From the NCBI GenBank assembly GCA_965248195.1, contig CBDFIQ010000001.1:576001-640000 (forward strand): a stretch of 64,000 nt of DNA, written 5' to 3'. The notes under the pieces were generated by a model, which did not search any database, was not told the origin of the DNA, and worked only from the letters and a program-made list of their open reading frames with translations. Numbering within the stretch: position 1 is the first letter of the stretch; each line of letters opens with the position of its first letter. Below, piece by piece: positions 9,502-19,273 of the stretch. This DNA is from Longimicrobiales bacterium (GTDB taxonomy: Bacteria > Gemmatimonadota > Gemmatimonadetes > Longimicrobiales > Gaopeijiaceae). A program made the translations under genes and the position numbers.

Positions 9502-11568
9502 ATGAGTGAAGCGAAAAAGGGAAAGATCCCCAGCGTGATGCCTGTGGATAAGGGAGAGATCCCCAGGGTGGTGCCTTTGGATAAGGGAGAGATCCCCGCC
9601 GTAGTGGCCGTGGATACTGGAGGGACGTTTACGGATGTCCTCCTCCTGGACGAAGGACGCCTTCGCTCTTTGAAACTTCCTTCGACGCCTACCGATCCGT
9701 CCGACGCGGTTCTGGAGGGCCTGCGGAAGGTGCTGGACGGCGTCGAGAATGGAGCCGACAGGACGTTCGTGCTCCTCCACGGATCCACTGTGGCCACCAA
9801 CGCCATTCTCGAGCGAAAGGGAGCCCGGGTAAAGCTCGTTACGAACGCGGGCTTCGAGGACGTCATAGAGATCGGCAGGCAGAATCGGCCCCAGCTATAC
9901 GCCCTCGTCGGCCACCGTCCTCCGCCACTCGTAGAACGCGATGACCGTCACGGCATCCGAGGCAGGATAGGGCCCGACGGTGAGGTCATCGAGGCGCTCG
10001 ACGCCGTCGAACTCGGGGCGCTACCTGAGTTGCTGGCCGGGGCGGAATCGGTGGCGGTCGTACTTCTACACTCCTATGCGAATTCCACTCATGAAGAAAG
10101 CGTCGCGGACGCACTGACAGAGCTGGAGATTCCGTTGTCCATCTCGGTCAGGCTGCTCCCCGAATACCGGGAGTACGAGCGAACCTCGACCGCGGTCGTG
10201 AACGCCTACGTGGCACCGCTTATCTCGGCGTACCTGAAGCGCCTGGCCCGGGAGACCGGAGCGGAGCGCGTGAGTGTCATGGGGTCGAACGGCGGGTCGC
10301 TGCCCGTGGACCGTGCTGCCCGGGAGCCGGTGCACATGATCCTCTCCGGCCCTGCGGGGGGGGTGGTAGGGGCGCTCGCGTGCGGGCGCCGAGCCGGGCA
10401 CGAGCGCATCATCACCTTCGATATGGGGGGAACCTCCACCGACGTTTCTCTGTGCCCGGGAGCCCCTCTCCACACGAGAGAGTTGGAGATCGGCGGACAG
10501 CCCGTCGCGATCCCAGTCATCGACATCCATACTGTTGGCGCGGGGGGTGGATCTTTGGCACGAATCGACCCCGGAGGTGCCCTGCGTGTGGGACCGGAGT
10601 CGGCGGGTGCCGATCCCGGCCCCATCTGTTACGGGAAGGGCGGAGCGGGCGTCACGGTTACGGATGCACACGTCTGGCTAGGAAGGTTGCCCGCCGATGC
10701 CTTTTTGGGAGGGGAGCAGACGCTGGACCGGTCGGCGGTCGAACCGCACCTCCGTAGTATTGCGGATCGTCTCGGAGCGAGTCTCGAAGGCGCGGCCGAG
10801 GGCATCCTGGAGGTCGCCAACGCAGCCATGGAGCGTGCCTTACGGGTCATCTCGGTGGAACGGGGCCACGATCCAGCGGAGTTCACCCTCGTAGCCTTCG
10901 GCGGCGCCGGCGGGCTACACGCCGCGCACTTGGCCGACCGGCTGGGTACGGGACGTGCCATGGTGCCCCCCCGCCCAGGACTCCTTTCGGCATACGGGAT
11001 GCTCGCCGCCGACATCACGCGGGAGGTCTCCAGGACGGTGTTGATTTCCACAGCCTCGGCCAACGCCCATGAGAGCGTCGAGAGTGTGTTCACCGAGTTG
11101 GAGCAGGCCGCCGCCGCGGCCATGGCGGACGAGGGCGTGCCCGATGACTACCTCTCATTGCAGAAATGGGTGGATGCTCGGTACGAACGCCAGAGCTTCG
11201 AGCTGAGAGTCCCCGGCGAGGACTGGGACACGCGGTTCCACGCTCTGCACGAAAAACGATACGGATATCAGCGCCCCGCCACACCCGTCGAGGCTGTCAC
11301 CCTCCGCTCCATCGCCTCGGCGCCCGGGCCGCCGCTCGAGCTGGAGCGTATCCCGCACACGGGCGTCGCGCCTACCGTCGGACACACACGGGTGTATGCA
11401 GAGGACGAGTGGACTGAGGTGGACCGTGTCTGGCGCAGTGACCTGGGCCCGGACCTGACGCTTGATGGGCCGGCTCTGGTGTTAGAATACAGTTCGACCA
11501 CTTGGGTCCCCCGAGGCTGGGGGCTCTCGGTCGATGAATGGGGGAACCTGCACCTCTCCGCGACGTAG
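9502..11568 (+). CDS. hydantoinase A/5-oxoprolinase family protein
   Basis: DTGGTFTD, HGSTVATNA, SGPAGG, DMGGTSTD, GPESAGADPGP. Confidence 0.92.
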   Translation: MSEAKKGKIPSVMPVDKGEIPRVVPLDKGEIPAVVAVDTGGTFTDVLLLDEGRLRSLKLPSTPTDPSDAVLEGLRKVLDGVENGADRTFVLLHGSTVATNAILERKGARVKLVTNAGFEDVIEIGRQNRPQLYALVGHRPPPLVERDDRHGIRGRIGPDGEVIEALDAVELGALPELLAGAESVAVVLLHSYANSTHEESVADALTELEIPLSISVRLLPEYREYERTSTAVVNAYVAPLISAYLKRLARETGAERVSVMGSNGGSLPVDRAAREPVHMILSGPAGGVVGALACGRRAGHERIITFDMGGTSTDVSLCPGAPLHTRELEIGGQPVAIPVIDIHTVGAGGGSLARIDPGGALRVGPESAGADPGPICYGKGGAGVTVTDAHVWLGRLPADAFLGGEQTLDRSAVEPHLRSIADRLGASLEGAAEGILEVANAAMERALRVISVERGHDPAEFTLVAFGGAGGLHAAHLADRLGTGRAMVPPRPGLLSAYGMLAADITREVSRTVLISTASANAHESVESVFTELEQAAAAAMADEGVPDDYLSLQKWVDARYERQSFELRVPGEDWDTRFHALHEKRYGYQRPATPVEAVTLRSIASAPGPPLELERIPHTGVAPTVGHTRVYAEDEWTEVDRVWRSDLGPDLTLDGPALVLEYSSTTWVPRGWGLSVDEWGNLHLSAT
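9517..9615 (+). repeat. 33-bp tandem repeat x3 inside the hydantoinase A 5' end
   Basis: Units at 9517, 9550 and 9583 (aaggga(a/g)agatcccc...tggat) encode KG(K/E)IPxVxxxD. Confidence 0.9.
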
Positions 11569-11657
11569 CACGAGCGCGGAAGGGCGCGCGCCGAGCACCT
11601 TCGCTGAAAATCCCCCGGCACCTGGCACCTGGCACTGGCACCTCGAGCAGAGCAACG

Positions 11658-13994
11658 ATGAACCGCAGTCAAAAGCGCCCGACCCCCACGCTCGTGCCGG
11701 AGGGAGGAGAGCAGGCCACCAACACTCCCGACGACGGCGAGCCGATCTACATCTGGGCACTGATCGTCTCCCTCGGTGTCGGCCTCCTCTATACGGTCAC
11801 GCTGTCGCCGACGACCGCCTTCTGGGATACGAGCGAGTACATCGCCACGGGGCACATCCTCGGAATCCCCCATCCACCGGGAAATCCTCTTTTCGTGCTG
11901 ATGGCCCGCACGTGGGAGCTTTTCCTGGCGCCCCTGGGGCTCTCGGTCGCGACACGGATCAACCTGTTCTCAGCCCTCATGGGCAGTGTCGCCCATGGTC
12001 TCTGGTTCCTAGCGGTCTATCACGTCCTTTCATTTTTTTCCGACGATCGTCGGTTCCGCATCGTCGGCGCGATTGCCGCCGTAGTCGTGAGCGCCACCGC
12101 GTTCACCGTATGGAACCAGTCCAACGTGAACGAGAAGGTCTACACGGTCTCGCTCATGACCATCGCCCTGCTCACGTGGTTGGCCTTTCACTGGCGCGAA
12201 AACCTCGGCAAGGGCCGAGATGACAACCTTCTGATACTCATCGCGTTCATCCTGGCGCTGTCGGTAGGAAACCATCTCATGGCGTTCCTCGCCGCCCCCG
12301 CGCTCGCCCTGTTCATCCTCTGGGTCTCTCCCAGGGTACTGCTCAATTGGCGTCTCTACGCGGTCGGCTCTCTCGCCATATTCCTCGGTCTTTCCATCCA
12401 CCTCTTCTTGCCCTTGCGGGCGGCGCTCGGCCCCATCATCAACGAGGCCGACCCGACCTGTTCCAGTCTCCAGAGCGCCCTCGCGAGCATCGTGACGATG
12501 GGCCAAGCGGGTTGTACGGAGCTTTCAGCGGCGCTGTCGAGGCAACAGTACCTCAAGCCCCCGGTGCTACCGCGGGCGTCGCCCCTGTGGTCGCAGTTCA
12601 CGAACTACTTACAGTATTTCGACTGGCAATGGGCGAGGGGCATGGGCGGGTCCCAAACGGTCTTCCCGCTCGTCAGACTCCCATTCACGTTTTTGTTCGC
12701 GTGTCTGGGACTGTACGGCGCGGTCCAACATTTGCGGAGAGACTCGGCCACGGGGCTCTACCTCCTGGCCCTCTTCGCCACACTCTCCATCGGCCTCGTC
12801 TTTTACCTCAATTTCTCGTACGGCTTTTCGCTCGCCTCTCCGAGTCCGGCGGACGTTCACGAAGTCCGCGAGCGGGATTACTTCTTCGTCGTCGGTTTTT
12901 CGGTGTGGGGGCTCTGGGCGGGCATCGGAATCGCCGCGCTCTGGCAAGGGGCCGCCGCACACCTGAAAGGCTCGTGGTCCCGAGCCGCGCCGGTGCTGGC
13001 CCTGGCCCTCATCCCGCTTCTGTCCAACTGGCCGTGGGCAACGCGCCGAGCGGACTACTCCGCGCGGGATTGGGCGTACAACCTCTTGATGAGCGTGGAA
13101 CCATATGGCGTTCTTTTTACCAACGGTGACAACGACACGTTTCCACTTTGGTATCTGCAGGAAGCCGAGGGCATACGCCGTGACGTGACCGTCGTCGTCA
13201 CCTCCTACCTCAATTTGGATTGGTACGTCAAGCAGATTCGAGATCTCACCACCCCGTGCCCCGCGGGTGTACAGGCGAGTGACAGCAGGACCACCATCGT
13301 ATGTCAACGACCGTATGACCCTCAGGAGGGCGAACCGCTCTATACCGCTGACCCGAGCGCCGCGAATTCTCAGGGACGGATTGTGATCCTCATGGAGAGT
13401 CCGCTGACGCCGCCCACCCGAACGACACTCCCTCTGGAAAACGAAATCATTGAACAGGTTGCCGGACCAGCGGGTTACGTCGCGCTCGACGAGGACCGCG
13501 ATTTTCTCCTCGGACCCGTGGTGGCGAGAATAGCGGGGGGAACCGTCATCTATCCCTGGCAGCAGTTCGCTTTACGGCTGATTCAAACCAGCGTCGAAGA
13601 CCGGCCGATCTATTTCGCATCGAGCGGAAGCGCTGCCCGGGAGCTGGGTGTCGTGCCCTACCTCGTTAGGCATGGGCTGGCCTTTCGACTGTCCCCGGGT
13701 CCTCCAGACTTGAACTCCCGGAACATCTTGCTCGAAGACCCACAAATCATCCCGGTTACCGGGGCCTGGTTGGACGTGGAGCGCACTCGGACTTTAGTGG
13801 AAGAGGTCTTCTTGCATCGGACCGGAATCCCCGATGAGTGGAGCCATTGGCCCGATCGCTCCACCGTCGGAATTCCGAGCTATTATGCCTGGGTTTTTGC
13901 AGCGCTCGCGCAGAGCGCTCTCCAGAGCGGTGAGGACGAACAGCGGCGCGCCTACGAGGAACGCCTGATCGCCTGGCAGACCCTGGGGAGTTAG
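11658..13994 (+). CDS. DUF2723 / TMEM260-like membrane glycosyltransferase
   Basis: WDTSEY, GIPHPPGNPLF, EVRERDYFF, FTNGDNDTFPLWYLQE; many TM segments. Confidence 0.85.
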   Translation: MNRSQKRPTPTLVPEGGEQATNTPDDGEPIYIWALIVSLGVGLLYTVTLSPTTAFWDTSEYIATGHILGIPHPPGNPLFVLMARTWELFLAPLGLSVATRINLFSALMGSVAHGLWFLAVYHVLSFFSDDRRFRIVGAIAAVVVSATAFTVWNQSNVNEKVYTVSLMTIALLTWLAFHWRENLGKGRDDNLLILIAFILALSVGNHLMAFLAAPALALFILWVSPRVLLNWRLYAVGSLAIFLGLSIHLFLPLRAALGPIINEADPTCSSLQSALASIVTMGQAGCTELSAALSRQQYLKPPVLPRASPLWSQFTNYLQYFDWQWARGMGGSQTVFPLVRLPFTFLFACLGLYGAVQHLRRDSATGLYLLALFATLSIGLVFYLNFSYGFSLASPSPADVHEVRERDYFFVVGFSVWGLWAGIGIAALWQGAAAHLKGSWSRAAPVLALALIPLLSNWPWATRRADYSARDWAYNLLMSVEPYGVLFTNGDNDTFPLWYLQEAEGIRRDVTVVVTSYLNLDWYVKQIRDLTTPCPAGVQASDSRTTIVCQRPYDPQEGEPLYTADPSAANSQGRIVILMESPLTPPTRTTLPLENEIIEQVAGPAGYVALDEDRDFLLGPVVARIAGGTVIYPWQQFALRLIQTSVEDRPIYFASSGSAARELGVVPYLVRHGLAFRLSPGPPDLNSRNILLEDPQIIPVTGAWLDVERTRTLVEEVFLHRTGIPDEWSHWPDRSTVGIPSYYAWVFAALAQSALQSGEDEQRRAYEERLIAWQTLGS

Positions 13995-14143
13995 TCGCTT
14001 ATTAACATCCGCTCAACCCAAGACGGCTTCGCCCCAGGAAGAAAGTCGGGGTGGCACCGGAGACACGGTTGTGAGGGACCGAGGGTTCGAAGTAATGTTC
14101 GCCCTAATCATCGACTACCGCTTCCGAATCAAAGGAGAATCTC

Positions 14144-14587
14144 ATGGCGACGGATGCGCCTGCCCAAAACTATGACAACCACCGGAAGTTCGTTCCCGGG
14201 TTTCACGCCGTGGCGTTCGGAATCCTCGCGATCAATTTTTTTTACTCGTTGTACGTGACCATCACGGCTCTCTCCGTGGATTCAGTCATCGCACTTCTAT
14301 TGGCCATCGGACTGATCATGGTCATGTTTTACGCCCGACTTTTCGCGCTCGGCGCCCAGGATCGTGTCATCCGCCTCGAGGAACGACTCCGCCTTCATGA
14401 CCTGCTACCGCCGGATCAGAAACACGTGATCGACAAGCTGACTACCGCCCAACTCATCGGGCTCCGGTTCGCTTCGGACGGCGAGGTCCCGGCCTTGGTC
14501 GCGACGGTATCCGCCGAGGGGATCGAGGACCGCGAAGAGATCAAGAAACGGGTGACGAATTGGCGCGCCGACGACCAGCGGCTCTAG
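14144..14587 (+). CDS. small membrane protein (DUF6526-like)
   Basis: AAAGGAG RBS; QNYDNH, QDRVIRLEE, LRFASD, WRADDQR; two TM helices. Confidence 0.75.
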   Translation: MATDAPAQNYDNHRKFVPGFHAVAFGILAINFFYSLYVTITALSVDSVIALLLAIGLIMVMFYARLFALGAQDRVIRLEERLRLHDLLPPDQKHVIDKLTTAQLIGLRFASDGEVPALVATVSAEGIEDREEIKKRVTNWRADDQRL

Positions 14588-14665
14588 AGCGGATCGCCCT
14601 ACCCACCCCTGACGGGTGGATGTAGAAGACTGTTGGAGGAGGACGGCGGGTCGCCTTCTGGGGAG

Positions 14666-16096
14666 TCAGTGAATCTGCAGCTTTCCCACCCCGCTTCGCT
14701 GCAAGCGGGCGAACGGTGATCCGCGCCGGTCGACCCCCAATTCGACGATCCAATCGAACCATTCGGGTGTGGCGTCGAGAATGTCACCACGGCAAAAGAG
14801 AAGAATCTTCGGCACGCGGACGAGCAGGGTCCGAAGGAGCCCAACCGCTCTCAACTTGGCGTCGGGCTCGAGGCGATCGAAGGTGTCTCCGAGGAGGATC
14901 TCGGGCGCGTGCACACCGCAACCGGCGGCCAAGTCGACGAGGGCGAGCCGTAACGCGAACAGATACACGGCCACCTCCTCGTCGGAGTGGATTCTGCGAG
15001 CGCCATCGTCTCGAACGATTGTGGGCTCGCCATCGCCCGTCACGCCGACCCCGAGCACACCACCGCTCGTCAGGTGATTCAGGTAGCGGCCAGTCCGGGC
15101 GGTCAACGCCTCGCGGGCGTCGGACAGAAGTTCTCGGCGTAGAGCCTCCAACGCACGGCGACGGAGATCCGATTCGTCCCTAGACGATCCGGCGCCCCCA
15201 CCCCCACCCGGCTTCGAGGGGCTCTCCCCTACCTGGGCCATCGCGAGGGCGTCTTCGGCTTCAGTCAACTCCGGCAATCGGGCCCTCAGCCGTTCAACCT
15301 CTTCGGTGCACTCCGCGATCGTGGCCTGGAGACGTATGGATTTCCCCTCGAGGTCCTGTAGATGAGCGGGTTTAAAGTCCAGTTGCTCTCTACGGCGTTT
15401 CCACCAGCTCCCGTCCTGCACCACCGACTCCCATTCCTCACGGAGCACCTCCAGGACCGACTCGAACCGCTCGCTGAGCATCCGGTCGCAGGTCGGGCAC
15501 GCCGTATCCTTGCCCCCCTCCTCGAGCTGCTGTAGGCGGACCTTGAGCTCCCGCGCGCGGTCGCGATACGCGAGGAGGTGTGTCTCGGCATCCTGTCGCT
15601 CACGGAGCCAATCCATGTTTGCGACTTCCAGATCTCCGCCCACCTCGAGCGCGTCCGCTCGCAACCCTCGCAGCTCACGGGCCTTAACACGAAGTGCCTC
15701 GGGAAGGCGCCTCAACTCCTGTACCCGTGCGCGGAGCCCCTCCACCCCCGAGTCCGTCCACAGTGAATCGTCGTCGGCTCGGGGGCCTCCGTGGATCAGG
15801 GCGGCGACCTCCTGGTCCACGCCCTCGAGGCCCGACCACTGCGCCAGAACGCGAACGGCGCGGCGCCATGCGAGTGCTGGCCCGACGTTGCCCGGCCCAG
15901 CGATCAACGTCTGAAGACGCTCGTCATCCTCGGCCAGGCGACGAGCGAACCGGTCCATGACCTCGCTGCGCAGGGGGCCGTCCCCCCCGACCAGAGCCGT
16001 CAGCCCGGCACCGAGCTGGAGATCGAGCGGTCCCTGGTTGGCCCCTACGGCGCCCGTATCGACGGAATCCACGGTTACTGACGCTCGGGGAGACAT
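14666..16096 (-). CDS. SbcC/Rad50-like coiled-coil protein with degenerate ATPase motifs
   Basis: Coiled coil with a central CPTC zinc hook. Walker A region reads LVGGDGPLRS, signature region HSDEE, Walker B region ILLGDTFDRLE. Follows the sbcD-like gene. Confidence 0.7.
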   Translation of the reverse strand: MSPRASVTVDSVDTGAVGANQGPLDLQLGAGLTALVGGDGPLRSEVMDRFARRLAEDDERLQTLIAGPGNVGPALAWRRAVRVLAQWSGLEGVDQEVAALIHGGPRADDDSLWTDSGVEGLRARVQELRRLPEALRVKARELRGLRADALEVGGDLEVANMDWLRERQDAETHLLAYRDRARELKVRLQQLEEGGKDTACPTCDRMLSERFESVLEVLREEWESVVQDGSWWKRRREQLDFKPAHLQDLEGKSIRLQATIAECTEEVERLRARLPELTEAEDALAMAQVGESPSKPGGGGGAGSSRDESDLRRRALEALRRELLSDAREALTARTGRYLNHLTSGGVLGVGVTGDGEPTIVRDDGARRIHSDEEVAVYLFALRLALVDLAAGCGVHAPEILLGDTFDRLEPDAKLRAVGLLRTLLVRVPKILLFCRGDILDATPEWFDWIVELGVDRRGSPFARLQRSGVGKLQIH

Positions 16097-16383
16097 TCCT
16101 GAACCAACTCAACGAGAGCCTCAAAATTATCACCCTGGTCCGCAAGGCGCTCGACCAGCTTGGAAGCCAACCGCCTGGAGGGCTTGACCGCCTGAGAGAA
16201 ATGCCCCCACGGCGTGTCATCGAGCTGCACCTCGAGGTGTAGTGCACGCCGCCGATACTCTGGCAGCACGCCGTCGAGGAGGTCCAGGCGTCCTGGTGGG
16301 AGCCCCTGAATTCGAATCCGGACGATCTTCTCCTCGATCCCGCCGGGCACCTCGACGAGTACCTCCCGTACCCGCTCCCTCAG

Positions 16384-17759
16384 GGTCAAGTCCCGATTTG
16401 TGTGTAAAAGCGGAGGAAGCTCCTCGCCTTCGGCTAGGCTGCTTGGGCGACCTCCTGTTTCTGGAGGAGTGAGAGGTCGAGGTAACGCCGGTCGCCCCAG
16501 ACGTGTGTGGTCCTGAGTGCGACGGCCGTGATGAGCCTGAGGGCGCTGGCCCGGTCCGGGAAGGCGCCGGCGGCCTTGATCCTGCGTTTGATCTCGCCGT
16601 GCAGCCGCTCGAGGCTGTTGGTGGTACGCAGCCGGGGCCAGTGCGCCTCGGGGAACGCGTAGAACTGCGTCGCTGCCCCGAAGCCCCGCTCCAGGACCTC
16701 CACGGCCTCGGGCAGCTCCTTCTTCCAGCGTGCGCCGAACTCGCCCAGGAGCTTCTTCGCCTCGGCGAGTCCGGATGTCTGGAAGATCACCGAGACCTCA
16801 CGCGCCACGCGCTTGCGTAGGCGGTGGGGGACCCTCGCCCCCACATTACGCTGCAGATGGACCGTACACCTCTGACGGCGTGCCTCGGGCAGGAAGCGGC
16901 GGACCGCAGCTGCCAGGCCTGCGTGCTCATCGGCGATCACGAGCTCGACACCGCCGAGGCCGCGGTCCTGGAGTTGCTCGAGGAGCTCCGACCAGCTCTG
17001 CTGCGACTCCTCAGCGCCCAGCGTGACGGCCAGGAGCCGTCGGTGACCCTCAGGGCCCACTGCATACGCCACGAGCGCACTCACGTTCTCGACTTTGCGG
17101 GCCCAGCGGGCGTCCAAGAACGTGGCGTCCAGGTACAGATAGGGGTGAGGCCCCTCGATCGGCGCACGGCGCAGCCCTTCCACGGCCTCGTCGAGCCGTT
17201 TTGCCACACGACTCACCGTCGAGCGCCCAACACGCTCGCCCATCAGCGCCTCGGTGACGTCGCCCATCTTGCGCTGTGACACGCCGCTCACATACGCCTC
17301 GACCATCATCTCGTCGAGCTCGGGGCTCCTGCGCTGGTAGCGGCCGATCACGTCGGCCGGCGAACCGTTGTCCCGGCTCCGGGGCATGGCGACCTCGATC
17401 TGCCCCAGGCTCGTCAGCAGCCGCCTCAGGTATGTGCCGTTCCTATGGTCCTTCCGGCTTCCCACCCGCTCGAAGCGGCGTGCACCTACCATGGCCTTCA
17501 GCTCCTCTTCCAGCACCATCTCGAGCGTCAGCCGGATCGCGCCTTGAAACAGCTCGCGCAAATCATCGCGTAGCTCGTCTTGCGTGGCCCGACCGATCTC
17601 CACAATCTCTTGCATCGGAAGCTCCTCTCCGGTTCCGAGCCTGCTCTGCAGACCCGGACTCCCGGGTTCATGTGACAGTGAACAACAACAGAGGAGCTTC
17701 CGTTTTTCTTTCCCTCCTGTCCAGCTTATCCGCTTTTACACAAATCTAGGGACACTACC
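16384..17759 (-). mobile_element. IS256-family insertion sequence 1 (1376 bp)
   Basis: Imperfect 31-bp IRs at 16384-16414 and 17729-17759; 9-bp TSD ctccctcag at 16375-16383 and 17760-17768. Confidence 0.93.
16434..17615 (-). CDS. IS256 family (Mutator-like DDE) transposase
   Basis: YLYLDAT, IADEHAGL, QRCTVH, RTTNSLERLHGEIKRR. Confidence 0.95.
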   Translation of the reverse strand: MQEIVEIGRATQDELRDDLRELFQGAIRLTLEMVLEEELKAMVGARRFERVGSRKDHRNGTYLRRLLTSLGQIEVAMPRSRDNGSPADVIGRYQRRSPELDEMMVEAYVSGVSQRKMGDVTEALMGERVGRSTVSRVAKRLDEAVEGLRRAPIEGPHPYLYLDATFLDARWARKVENVSALVAYAVGPEGHRRLLAVTLGAEESQQSWSELLEQLQDRGLGGVELVIADEHAGLAAAVRRFLPEARRQRCTVHLQRNVGARVPHRLRKRVAREVSVIFQTSGLAEAKKLLGEFGARWKKELPEAVEVLERGFGAATQFYAFPEAHWPRLRTTNSLERLHGEIKRRIKAAGAFPDRASALRLITAVALRTTHVWGDRRYLDLSLLQKQEVAQAA

Positions 17760-18532
17760 CTCCCTCAGCCGCTCGGGCCGATCCGGCTCGAACGGGATCG
17801 GTTCCAGCGATACGACCGGTCGACCGTGGATAGGGTGAAAACGAGCCTGCCCTGACTCGAGATCGCACGTCCAAAATCCTTTCTCTTCGGCGGCTTCCTC
17901 CCAAGGCGTAGCCCCCACACGCTCGAGTGCGCCGGCGTAGTGGACGCCGGGCAGAACCTCGCGTCGAAAATGTTCGTGCCCCAGCGCCACGTAGTCCCAA
18001 TCACCCGAGTCCAATGAGAGTAGGGCACCTTCATCCTTGTCCACTGATCCATAACCCACGAGCACATTCCATCGCGCATCCGGGTTCGGTACGACCACCG
18101 GCCTGGGTCCATGGACCGTGGATCGATGGGGAACGAGGACAACGTTCAGATTCAACTGTGAGTAGTGCACGGACCGGGTCGTCGCGGTCACGGCCTCGAC
18201 GCCGGCCAGCGTATCGAACGCACCGAGGGGACCGGGATCCGCAGGACCGGGCGGTGTGTCCCGGGCGCCTGCTGCCATCAGGACGGGCGTATCGGGGAGA
18301 GCCTCTCTCAAGGATTGCAGCCCCTGGGCAAGCGCTACCAGTGCGGAGTGAGGGGGTTCGGGCCGGTCGAACACGTCGCCCGCGACGAGAACCACGGCCG
18401 GTGCGATCTCGAGGACCCGCTGGATCGCCTGGTGAAACGCACGAGCGACGTCGGCTTCGCGGACATTTCTGCCCTGCTCCATATGTCCGAACGCCCGATA
18501 ACCGAGGTGCAGATCTGATAGGTGCGCGATGA

Positions 18533-19183
18533 TCACGGCGTCGCGGGCCCCGCTGCATGGAGGCCCTCGGAGGGGTCGGATTCTACGACCTCAACCGCCG
18601 CAATACTCTCTTCGAGGGGCTTCAGGACCCAGCCCTGAAGACTTGCGGTCCCCGAAAGAATGACGAGCAAGAAGAGCGCGAAGGAGGGTACTCCAACGCC
18701 AGAGAGGGCACCAATGCCGGTCACCAACACGCCGGCGGCGGCGCCGAGGGATGCGAGCGCACCGTCACCCGTCAGGCCCGCCATCATCCGCACTGTGCTT
18801 ATGCCCCTCAAGAGACGGCCGCCCGCATAGAGCGGGAGGCCGGCAAGCAAGGCGAGCCCGAGCGCCTGCGTCACTGGTGACGCTCCGAAGCCCGCAAAGA
18901 ACGCCCACGCGAGCGCGAACCCGGCCGCGCCAAGAAAAGCTAGCAGTGCAGACAGCCACCGTCTCCGAAGTGATTCCACCGCGTTACTCCACTCCCTGGG
19001 CGGGCTACTCATGCCCAGGCCCACGCCGAACGCCCCCAGCTCGATCGCCACGATCAGCGTCAGCGATCGAAGCAGTCCCTCACCGGAGTAAAGCAGAAGA
19101 GCGACGGCAACGGTTCCCGATGCCCCCGCCGCGAATCCCGTGACGAACGCTGGCGCCCCCCCCAAAGCGTTCCTCAACGACAC
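18533..19183 (-). CDS. hypothetical multi-pass membrane protein
   Basis: About 6 hydrophobic segments; GGGAG RBS before GTG at 19183. Its stop overlaps the sbcD-like start (GTGA). Confidence 0.65.
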   Translation of the reverse strand: MSLRNALGGAPAFVTGFAAGASGTVAVALLLYSGEGLLRSLTLIVAIELGAFGVGLGMSSPPREWSNAVESLRRRWLSALLAFLGAAGFALAWAFFAGFGASPVTQALGLALLAGLPLYAGGRLLRGISTVRMMAGLTGDGALASLGAAAGVLVTGIGALSGVGVPSFALFLLVILSGTASLQGWVLKPLEESIAAVEVVESDPSEGLHAAGPATP

Positions 19184-19273
19184 GCCCAACTCCCTCGGCT
19201 CCCACCCTGACCTACCGTGCCGCCTTGACACCGAGCCTTTGATTTCCCCCGTGAGCCGAGATAACTTTTCCGC

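Larger units (their letters stand above)
16075..18536 (-). pseudogene. sbcD: SbcD/Mre11-like metallophosphoesterase interrupted by IS256
   Basis: HLSDLHLG, AGDVFD, DYVALGHEH. Removing the IS and one TSD copy joins ...PERLRE to RVREVLVE... in frame, giving 358 aa. Confidence 0.85.

Noticed and set aside
9517..9615. CRISPR array (also considered for 48575-48624)
   Set aside because: The units are contiguous with no spacers, and no cas genes are present.
11617..11643. ggcacct heptamer repeat x4
   Set aside because: Short, imperfect intergenic microsatellite with no evidence of function.
16075..16389. Independent 104-aa gene
   Set aside because: It is the C-terminal part of the IS-split sbcD-like gene.
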